The translations under genes and the position numbers were made by a program. From NCBI GenBank assembly GCA_965603635.1, contig CBFDDT010000003.1, positions 6,978 to 70,977 on the forward strand: DNA of 64,000 nt. The letters run 5' to 3'. Position 1 is the first letter of the stretch. Each line of letters starts with the position of its first letter. Under the pieces are notes generated by a model that was not told the DNA's origin, did no database searches, and saw only the letters and a list, made by a program, of their open reading frames with translations. This DNA is from an uncultured bacterium. GTDB taxonomy: Bacteria; Pseudomonadota; Alphaproteobacteria; UBA8366; JADFVY01. Shown piece by piece: positions 46,566 through 54,116 of this stretch.

Positions 46566-46820
46566 CTAAGTATTATGCGTTCGGCGACGTCCGCCGCGGC
46601 GTCCCGGGGACACAGTGGGCGCCCCGTCAACGGGAGCGATAGCCTCGACATCGGCCAGATCGGTCCGACCAGTGACACAAACCGGGCAGACGCAGCCCAT
46701 GGCGCCGGTGCGCAGGATCATTTCCTCGTAATCGAATTTACGCTCGACTTTCAGGCACCAGCATTCCTCGCCGCCATCGCAGTTGAAACCCCGGCCGCAA
46801 TTTGGGCATTTGCCACGCAT
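46566..46820 (-). CDS. Cysteine-rich CWC family protein
   Basis: CPNCGRGFNCDGGEECWCLKV...CVCPVC. Confidence 0.75.
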   Translation of the reverse strand: MRGKCPNCGRGFNCDGGEECWCLKVERKFDYEEMILRTGAMGCVCPVCVTGRTDLADVEAIAPVDGAPTVSPGRRGGRRRTHNT

Positions 46821-46838
46821 GGAATGACTCGCGAAAAA

Positions 46839-47366
46839 TCAGACGTCGGCTTCGATCTTGAAGCGTTCCTTCACCACGTCGGTGAAAAGGTGGTTGACGA
46901 GAATGCCCCGCACCGCCGCATCTTCAGGCACCACTTCGGAATCGAGGCTGCCGTCGGCGAACATCCCGAGCGCCTGTTCGCGGGCCTTCAGGACGACGGG
47001 GTCGAGCGCGGCCATGGTGACGCCGGAGATGAAACGCACCAGCTTGTCGGCCATTTTCATGGCATCCAGGTAAACCAGGCTTCCCGAATTCTGCAATTCA
47101 CCAACCCGGTCCTTCATCGCGTCGGCGCCCTTGCCGGACATCTCGCCCAGCGCCTCAAAAGTGGCGTCGGCCGCTGCCAATTGTTCCAGTTCGTCGCCAT
47201 GCCGGGCCTCGGTGAGCATTACCGTGCTGCACATCAGGAAACCCAAAACGTAATCGTCGTCCCAGAACCCATCAGGCAGGGGCAGCGCCTTCAGCCGGTC
47301 ATCCACGAATATAGAGATAACCCGCTCGGCGGTATCCTTCGGGCCAGTCGTGAGGTTTTCAATCAT
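46839..47366 (-). CDS. Hypothetical protein (175 aa)
   Basis: The ORF has good coding character and is the first gene of a minus-strand small-gene unit. I recognise no family. Confidence 0.6.
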   Translation of the reverse strand: MIENLTTGPKDTAERVISIFVDDRLKALPLPDGFWDDDYVLGFLMCSTVMLTEARHGDELEQLAAADATFEALGEMSGKGADAMKDRVGELQNSGSLVYLDAMKMADKLVRFISGVTMAALDPVVLKAREQALGMFADGSLDSEVVPEDAAVRGILVNHLFTDVVKERFKIEADV

Positions 47367-47466
47367 TCAGTACTCCCCCGCGGCCGGACCGCCGGTTGCA
47401 ATGTTCAATCCGACAAACCTAAACCATTCCCACGCGCCACGTAAAGGGCGGGGCGGGCGAGGTCCG

Positions 47467-48207
47467 TCAAGAGGTCAGCGCACCGAACACCCGCTGCAGC
47501 AGTTCCGTCGTGCGCTTGGCCGGATCCTTGCGGATCGCGGCTTCTTCCTTGGCGACATAGGTGAACAACCCACCCAGGGCCTTCTTGACGGTATAGCGGG
47601 TCAGGTCGCCCTTCACGTCGGGCACAAAGGGGATCGATTCGTATTTCGACATCATGCGGTCGTAGGATCGGATGGCGCCCACCTCGCTCATCGCATCCAG
47701 TATGATCGGCGTGAAGCGGTCGGTCAGGGGCAGGGTCATATTGCCGCGAAAATACTGCGTTGCCGCGTCGTCCGGGCCTTTCCAGATGCCGCGCACGTCA
47801 TCCAGCGTCATTTCGGTGATGGCGTTCCAGAACACATCCTTGGCCTCTGGCGCGGCGCGCTCGGCGGACCGGTTCAGTTTCAATTCCAGATCCGCGGTCA
47901 TGCTGGCCAGGCCGACCTTGTCCAGTACGTCATGCACCTTGCGCAGGTCCTCGGGCAGCGGAATATGGATCAGCGAATCGGCATTATAACCATCGACCGC
48001 GCCGACCTGGCCGACAACGCGCTGGGTGCCGATGCGCAAGGCTTCCTTCAGCCCGTTGCCGATATCAAGGTCGGTCAGCGGCCGCGAACCGCCGCCGCCG
48101 AGCGCCTGCGAGGCTAGCGACAACCCGCCGCTGCTCAATTTGGTGGTTTGGCATCCGGCCAGGGCGGCGCCCGAAAGAAGGGCTACGAAATTTCTGCGAC
48201 CGATCAT
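47467..48207 (-). CDS. DUF4197-like secreted/lipoprotein
   Basis: The signal is MIGRRNFVALLSGAALAGC, after GGGAG. The conserved block GLKEALRIGTQRVV is present. The family name is from memory. Confidence 0.75.
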   Translation of the reverse strand: MIGRRNFVALLSGAALAGCQTTKLSSGGLSLASQALGGGGSRPLTDLDIGNGLKEALRIGTQRVVGQVGAVDGYNADSLIHIPLPEDLRKVHDVLDKVGLASMTADLELKLNRSAERAAPEAKDVFWNAITEMTLDDVRGIWKGPDDAATQYFRGNMTLPLTDRFTPIILDAMSEVGAIRSYDRMMSKYESIPFVPDVKGDLTRYTVKKALGGLFTYVAKEEAAIRKDPAKRTTELLQRVFGALTS

Positions 48208-48348
48208 TGGTAATTCTCCCGGTGAAACTGCTCTGTGCACATTAGCCGCAAACCCTTGCTTAACAGTAAACATAAATCATCAGGCTCGCTTTCCAATCAG
48301 GTTTGCCAAATCCGTCCGTGGCGATACAGTGCGATCAGGGAGAATGCC

Positions 48349-49743
48349 ATGCGAAGTTACTGGCTCAATCAGGTACTCGAACAATCGCCGGCACAGCCGC
48401 AACCGCTGTCGGGCGACATCACGGCCGACATATGCATCGTCGGCGGCGGTTTTACCGGCCTGTGGACGGCGCTGCACATCAAGGAATCCGACCCGTCGGC
48501 CGACATAGCCATAATCGAGCGCGACATATGCGGCGGCGGGGCCAGCGGGCGCAATGGTGGATTCTGCATGACCTGGGTCTCCAAGGCGCCCCTGCTCTAT
48601 CCGGTTTGCGGCGGGCAGGAGACGGTGCGCATGGTTGAGGCGTCGGAGGCCGCGGTGCGCGCCATCGGGCAGTTCTGCGCCGACAACGGCATCAAATGCG
48701 AGTTCCGCCACGACGGCTGGCTGTGGACCGCCAGCAGCGAGGTCCAGCGGGATGCCTGGCGCAGCAGCATAGACATTCTCGACAAGCTTGGCCTGCATCC
48801 CTTCGACGAGTTGTCGGCCGACGAGGTTGCGCGACGCAGCGGATCGGAACGGCATATCGCCGGCGTATACGAAAAAGGCACGGCGACGGTTCAGCCCGCG
48901 GCGCTGGCCCGTGGCCTGGCGCGAGTCTGCGCCGAGCGGGGCGTGCGGATATACGAAAACACCACGATGACAGAGCTGGGCCGGTCGGCGCAACCCCATG
49001 TACGTACGGATCGCGGCATGGTGAAGGCAACCAGGGTCATTCTGGCGCTGAACGCCTGGGCCCACGAACTGCCGGAATTCCGGCGCGCCGTCATGCCGAT
49101 CTGCGCCGACGGGATCGCGACCGCGCCAATCCCGGAACAGCTTGAAAAACTGGGCTTGCGCGACGGGATGGCAATTTCCGATTCGCGCACCATGGTCGAT
49201 TATTACAGACGTACGGCAGACGGGCGCATGGTGTATGGCAAGGGCGGCGGCGGCTTTCCCTTCGCTGGCCGGGTCGGCAGCCGCTTCGATACTGAATCCT
49301 CGCGCCCCGACGAGGTGCGTACGGCCATGTTGCGCAATTATCCCGGACTTGCCGATGCCCCCATCGCCGCGACCTGGCGCGGGCCGGCAACACGCACGGC
49401 TACCGGCCTGCCGATGTTCGGGCGCCTGAAGGGGGCGCCGGCGATCGTCTACGGGCACGGCTATATCGGCAACGGCGTCGGGCCCAGCTATAATGGCGGG
49501 CGCATCCTGGCCGCCTTGGCGCTGGACCGCAAGGACGAGTGGTCGGAATGCCCGCTGGTCGGCGGCGAGGGTAAATTGCTGCCGCCGGAACCATTCCGCT
49601 ATATCGGGGGACTGGCCGTGCGCGCGGCCGTGCACGCCAAGGACAACGCCGACGACCAGGGGCGGACATCCAACCCGCTTACGCGGTATCTGGCGGGACT
49701 GGCGCCTTCCGGCCTGACGGCCCGGACCGGCGACCGCGACTGA
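48349..49743 (+). CDS. FAD-dependent oxidoreductase (DAO family)
   Basis: The dinucleotide fold is DICIVGGGFTGLWTAL. The start is ATG 48349 after GGGAG. Confidence 0.85.
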   Translation: MRSYWLNQVLEQSPAQPQPLSGDITADICIVGGGFTGLWTALHIKESDPSADIAIIERDICGGGASGRNGGFCMTWVSKAPLLYPVCGGQETVRMVEASEAAVRAIGQFCADNGIKCEFRHDGWLWTASSEVQRDAWRSSIDILDKLGLHPFDELSADEVARRSGSERHIAGVYEKGTATVQPAALARGLARVCAERGVRIYENTTMTELGRSAQPHVRTDRGMVKATRVILALNAWAHELPEFRRAVMPICADGIATAPIPEQLEKLGLRDGMAISDSRTMVDYYRRTADGRMVYGKGGGGFPFAGRVGSRFDTESSRPDEVRTAMLRNYPGLADAPIAATWRGPATRTATGLPMFGRLKGAPAIVYGHGYIGNGVGPSYNGGRILAALALDRKDEWSECPLVGGEGKLLPPEPFRYIGGLAVRAAVHAKDNADDQGRTSNPLTRYLAGLAPSGLTARTGDRD

Positions 49744-49773
49744 TACCAAGGCTCGTTTCCGCAAATTCAACAC

Positions 49774-49812
49774 AAAAAAAAGGGCGGCGCATGATCATGC
49801 CGGCCGCCGCCC
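49774..49812 (-). terminator. Strong rho-independent terminator acting on the minus strand
   Basis: On the minus strand, gggcggcg...cgccgccc forms the stem, with an inner GCATGATCATGC palindrome, followed by T8. The plus strand has no U-tract after the stem. Confidence 0.7.
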
Positions 49813-50052
49813 AGGATATGAGATATTCCGTTCCACGGCGCCAATGCATACAGAATACGGAGAAGGTAACGTCGGAAGAAACCAAACTCCACGGCAATGG
49901 GCTGTGCGCGCTCATCGGTCGCCCGGCTGGCGGGCTACGCCGCATATTGCGCATGAACGGGCGGTAAGCGGAAAACCGGCTCCGTATCGGTCTTCCCTCT
50001 CTAACCCGCGCGGACAAGGTAGCACACTTAGTTACTAATAAACTATCTTTAG

Positions 50053-50083
50053 TTGTATATTTTCTGTATTTCCCCTGTATTTC
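50053..50083 (+). repeat. Three direct repeats (T/C)TGTAT(A/T)T(T/C) phased at exactly 11 bp
   Basis: The repeats are ttgtatatt at 50053, ctgtatttc at 50064 and ctgtatttc at 50075. They lie in an AT-rich 80-bp island and are followed by a tandem ctacttctactt. Confidence 0.6.
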
Positions 50084-50120
50084 TTATACACTACTTCTAC
50101 TTCTTTTTTTGTCGCCGCGG

Positions 50121-50516
50121 TCAGTTCAGGAAGCTGTCGCAGTCGTTGCCTTCCAAGTTGTGGGCGCGTACGATTCCCTTGGCATCGACCTCGAAACTTG
50201 CGGTGCATTCGTAGTGAAATTCGAAGGTCGGCTCCTGGCGGGTTACCGGTACGATGACGGTTTGCCCGTTGACGATCCGGGTTTCGGTCTCCGTCGTGGT
50301 TTCGCCGCCCTGGCTTTCGGTATGGTTGCGGCGCCAGGTCAGGATACTGCTGCCGTTCTTTAACTCATGGACGGCATCCGGCGCGCCCGCGGCCAGCACC
50401 AGTTTCCGCTCCTTCTTGCCGATCCAGACGTCCAGCCGGTGCCGCTCGCGCCTGTCTCCCCACCGCGCGCAACCGGCGACAATGGCGACTATCAGCATGA
50501 CGGCAACGAGGCGCAA
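50121..50516 (-). CDS. Hypothetical lipoprotein
   Basis: The lipobox is VAIVAGC. The likely start is TTG 50516 after GGGAG; ATG 50555 is an alternative. Confidence 0.55.
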   Translation of the reverse strand: MRLVAVMLIVAIVAGCARWGDRRERHRLDVWIGKKERKLVLAAGAPDAVHELKNGSSILTWRRNHTESQGGETTTETETRIVNGQTVIVPVTRQEPTFEFHYECTASFEVDAKGIVRAHNLEGNDCDSFLN

Positions 50517-50645
50517 GATCGGGCACTCCCATATGAGCCAGTCCGAACATCGCATGATTCGCGCTTTTCGTCACCCCGACGCTTGCATCGGCGCGCCGCT
50601 GGTCGCAAGCTCTGCCCGCAAGCGCCCGAACCTGGAGATCCAAAG

Positions 50646-51449
50646 ATGACCAAATGCACACCTTGCAGCCCCTTCCCCACCGCGCGTGACGACGAAGAGG
50701 CCGCCCGCCGCGCAGAGGATACGGCGCAGACACGCTCGCCCAGCTACCGGCTGGCGTTTGCAGACCCTGATTTTTTGGTGCGCGATGAACTTCGGCCGGT
50801 ACGGCTGCAACTGGAGCTTCTGAAGCCCGAGTTGGCGTTTCAGGAAGAGGGGATCGAATCGACCATCGTCGTGTTCGGCAGCGCCCGCACGCCGGCGCCT
50901 GAAGACGACGGGGCCAGCCCGGAAAAGGTCGTCATCTACGAGGAGGCGCGGCGCTTCGCCCGCATAATGTCGGAACGCAAATCACCCGACGGCCTGCGCA
51001 ACGTAATCGTCACGGGTGGCGGCCCCGGTGTCATGGAGGCCGCCAACCGCGGCGCTGATGAAGCGGGCGAACGCTCCGTGGGGCTGAATATCGTGCTGCC
51101 GCATGAGCAGGCGCCGAACCACTACGGCACGCCGGAACTCAGCTTCCAGTTTCACTATTTCGCCATCCGCAAAATGCATTTCCTGATGCGCGCGCGGGCG
51201 CTGGTCTGCTTCCCCGGCGGCTTCGGCACGATGGACGAGCTGTTCGAGACGCTGACCCTGATCCAGACCGGCAAGGTGATGCCGATCCCGGTGCTGCTGT
51301 TCCGCGAGGCCTGGTGGCGCCGCATCGTCAATTTCGAGGCGATGGTCGAGGAAGGCGTCATCTCGCCCGCCGACCTCGACATCTTCCAGTTCGTCGAAAC
51401 CGCCGAGCAGGCCCAGGCGGCGATAGAGAGCTTTTACCGCGAGGATTAA
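50646..51449 (+). CDS. LOG/TIGR00730 family Rossmann-fold nucleotide-binding protein
   Basis: GGGPGVMEAANRGA and PGGFGTMDELFE motifs. The start is ATG 50646. Confidence 0.85.
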   Translation: MTKCTPCSPFPTARDDEEAARRAEDTAQTRSPSYRLAFADPDFLVRDELRPVRLQLELLKPELAFQEEGIESTIVVFGSARTPAPEDDGASPEKVVIYEEARRFARIMSERKSPDGLRNVIVTGGGPGVMEAANRGADEAGERSVGLNIVLPHEQAPNHYGTPELSFQFHYFAIRKMHFLMRARALVCFPGGFGTMDELFETLTLIQTGKVMPIPVLLFREAWWRRIVNFEAMVEEGVISPADLDIFQFVETAEQAQAAIESFYRED

Positions 51450-51976
51450 ACCGCGATGGCCTGTTCAGGCAGTCGGCGCCGTAGCTGCGCGGCTGTCGGG
51501 CGGGCGTCGGCCCCGGGCTGGTAAGCAACACTGATTTCATCGAACGCCGGGATGGCGGATGCCGCGCTCTTGCCCGCCGGCAGTTCGAATTCGTCGAATC
51601 CGCAACGCCTCAGCGGGTCGAGTTGATCATGCAGCACCTGGCCGGTGGCGCGCAATCGGCCTGCAAAACCATGCCGTTCGCGCAGCAGACGCGCCGTCGT
51701 GAAATGGCGGCCATCGTTGAGATTGGAAAAATTCAGCGCAATCAACGCGAACCGGGACAGGTCCGGCAGAATTTCATCGATGCGCTCATGGCTGTCCAGC
51801 CGCAGCCCCAGGGGCTGATTGCGCCCGGCCAGATCCCGGCGCGCGGCCTTCCAGCGTTCCAGCGATATCGTGGCCGGGCGGTCCGGCGGCAGCGACTCGC
51901 CGTCCGCGACATGGATCCAGACGTCGCTTTCGACGGTGGGGCGGGCGTTTCTGTAGTCGATCAACGGCATGGTCAT
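51446..51976 (-). CDS. DUF934-like protein (sulfite-reduction associated)
   Basis: FSNLNDGRHFTTARLLRERHGF... It lies immediately downstream of the sulfite reductase gene. Confidence 0.8.
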   Translation of the reverse strand: MTMPLIDYRNARPTVESDVWIHVADGESLPPDRPATISLERWKAARRDLAGRNQPLGLRLDSHERIDEILPDLSRFALIALNFSNLNDGRHFTTARLLRERHGFAGRLRATGQVLHDQLDPLRRCGFDEFELPAGKSAASAIPAFDEISVAYQPGADARPTAAQLRRRLPEQAIAV

Positions 51977-51983
51977 TACTCCT

Positions 51984-53633
51984 TTAGCCGGTTCCGTAAA
52001 GTGCCGTGCGAAACGGGCCCAGGCCGACGCGCCTCAGGCTGTCCAGGAAGCGTTCGCCGTCCTGGCGCAACTCCAGCCAGGTGACGACGATCGTCTCGAT
52101 CGCAGCGACGATTTCGTCCGCGCCAAACCCGCGCCCGACAATCTTGCCAATCGCCGCATCCTCCGCCGAACTGCCGCCCAGCGTCACCTGGTAGGACTCG
52201 GCGCCGGCCTTCTCCAGACCCAGGATGCCGATATGCCCAACATGGTGATGGGCGCAGGAGTTGATGCAGCCGGAAATATTGATCGTCAGCTCGCCCAGAT
52301 CGTGGCGCTCGTCGATTTCGGCCAGCCGTTCGCTCAGGCGTTGCGCCACGGGGATCGATCGCGCCGTCGCCAGCCCGCAGAAATCCAGGCCGGGGCAGGC
52401 GATTATATCGGTTACGCGCATCAGGTTCGGCGTCGCCAGACCCAGTGAATCCAGGGCTCGCCACAGATCGTAAAGCCTGTCCTGGCGCACATGCGCGAGA
52501 ACCAGGTTCTGGCGATGGGTCACGCGAATCTCGCCGAAACTGTATTCGTCCGCCAGATCGGCGAGCGCATCCATCTGGCCCACATTCATGTCACCGGGAA
52601 TGCCGCCAGCGGGCTTCAGGGAAACCGTAACCGCCGCGTAACCGGGCTGCTTGTGGGGAAACAGATTGGCCGCCGACCAGCGGGCGAAGGCCGAATCCTC
52701 GAAACGCCGGCCCGCAAATAAACCGGGGGCAACCGCCTCGTAGGCCGGCGGCGCGAACCGCGCACGAATACCCGCGACCTCCATCTCGTCCAGGCGCAGC
52801 GCGGAATCGCGGATATGTGCCCACTCGGCCTCCACCAGTTCGCGGAACCGGTCGATTCCCAGCGCGGACACCAGAATCTTGATGCGCGACTTATAGAGAT
52901 TGTCGCGCCGGCCCTCGATATTGAAGACGCGCAGAATGGCCTCCAGGTAACTCAGCAGATCGGCGCCCGGCAGGAAATCGCGGATCGCCTCGGCCAGCAT
53001 CGGGGTGCGGCCCAGCCCGCCGCCGACCCAAACCTTGAACCCGGTCTTGCCATCCGGGCCGCGCCGCATGCTCAGCCCGATATCGTGGACGGCGATGGCG
53101 GCGCGATCGTTCGGCGAACCGCTGATCGCGATCTTGAACTTGCGCGGCAGGAACGAGAATTCCGGATGCAGCGTCGACCATTGCCGGATGATTTCCGCCC
53201 AGGGCCGCGGGTCCTCGATCTCGTCCGCCGCGACGCCGGCGAACTGGTCGGTGGTGGTATTGCGGATGCAATTGCCGCTGGTCTGGATGGCGTGCATTTC
53301 AGCGGTCGCCAATTCGTCCAGAATGTCCGGCGCATCCGCCAGCCTGGTCCAATTGAACTGGATGTTCTGGCGCGTGGTGAAATGCCCGTAACCGCGGTCG
53401 TAACGCCGCGCGATCCGCGCCAGGACGCGAAGCTGGGCGGCATTCAACAGGCCATAGGGAATGGCGACCCGCAGCATGTAGGAATGAAGCTGCAGATAGA
53501 GCCCGTTGCGGAGCCTTAGGGGCTTGAATTCATCCTCGGAAAGCTCGCCGGAAATCCGCCGGACGACCTGGCCGCGGAACTGCGCGGCGCGTTCGCGTAC
53601 AAGCGTGTCGTCAAGCTCGTCATAGGCATACAT
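51984..53633 (-). CDS. cysI: Nitrite/sulfite reductase hemoprotein (assimilatory sulfite reductase)
   Basis: The siroheme/4Fe-4S cysteine motifs are IIACPGLDFCGLA and SGCINSCAHHHVGHIG; 549 aa. Confidence 0.9.
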   Translation of the reverse strand: MYAYDELDDTLVRERAAQFRGQVVRRISGELSEDEFKPLRLRNGLYLQLHSYMLRVAIPYGLLNAAQLRVLARIARRYDRGYGHFTTRQNIQFNWTRLADAPDILDELATAEMHAIQTSGNCIRNTTTDQFAGVAADEIEDPRPWAEIIRQWSTLHPEFSFLPRKFKIAISGSPNDRAAIAVHDIGLSMRRGPDGKTGFKVWVGGGLGRTPMLAEAIRDFLPGADLLSYLEAILRVFNIEGRRDNLYKSRIKILVSALGIDRFRELVEAEWAHIRDSALRLDEMEVAGIRARFAPPAYEAVAPGLFAGRRFEDSAFARWSAANLFPHKQPGYAAVTVSLKPAGGIPGDMNVGQMDALADLADEYSFGEIRVTHRQNLVLAHVRQDRLYDLWRALDSLGLATPNLMRVTDIIACPGLDFCGLATARSIPVAQRLSERLAEIDERHDLGELTINISGCINSCAHHHVGHIGILGLEKAGAESYQVTLGGSSAEDAAIGKIVGRGFGADEIVAAIETIVVTWLELRQDGERFLDSLRRVGLGPFRTALYGTG

Positions 53634-53648
53634 GGCTGCAATCTCCCG

Positions 53649-53924
53649 TCAGGCGACTGATACGGTAGGGCCATCGGCCCGGATGCGTTCCCGCAGGCGC
53701 GCCGGCAGGATACGGCTGTCTCGCATTTCGATTTCCACCTCATAGACCCCGATGATCCGGCCGCTAGCCTCTTCAAGCCGCCCCGCGTCCAGGTCTTTCG
53801 CCAACTGCCCGTCGGCCAGGTAAATGGCGGCATCGGCGATGTCCCACGACCAGTGCCCGTCCGGGTCGCGCCAGACAACGGCGCCGTCATGCAACCTGTT
53901 ACCCGTAACCACCATTTGCGCCAT
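53649..53924 (-). CDS. DUF2849-like protein
   Basis: VVTGNRLHDGAVVWRDPDGHW... This is the usual first gene of alphaproteobacterial cysI clusters. The family name is from memory. Confidence 0.8.
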   Translation of the reverse strand: MAQMVVTGNRLHDGAVVWRDPDGHWSWDIADAAIYLADGQLAKDLDAGRLEEASGRIIGVYEVEIEMRDSRILPARLRERIRADGPTVSVA

Positions 53925-54116
53925 GGAAACCGCCTCCGGGACTATTTATTAAACTCATGTGAGGCTGTATATCTTCCAATATAGTGATTAGTCAATGTTA
54001 TTTATTTTATATCACAGTTTTTTTAAGTTATTTACACACCCAGCAAATTCAAAAATAAACATCAACTCGCTTTTTGAAGCCCGCAATCTCCCGAACAAAC
54101 AGCCGGTAAACCGCGA

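Noticed and set aside
49975-50012. Cobalamin-riboswitch-like GGTTAGAGAGGGAAG on the minus strand.
   Set aside because: The following GGTGAAAATCC and B12-box elements are missing. There is also no downstream minus-strand gene before the terminator for a riboswitch to control.
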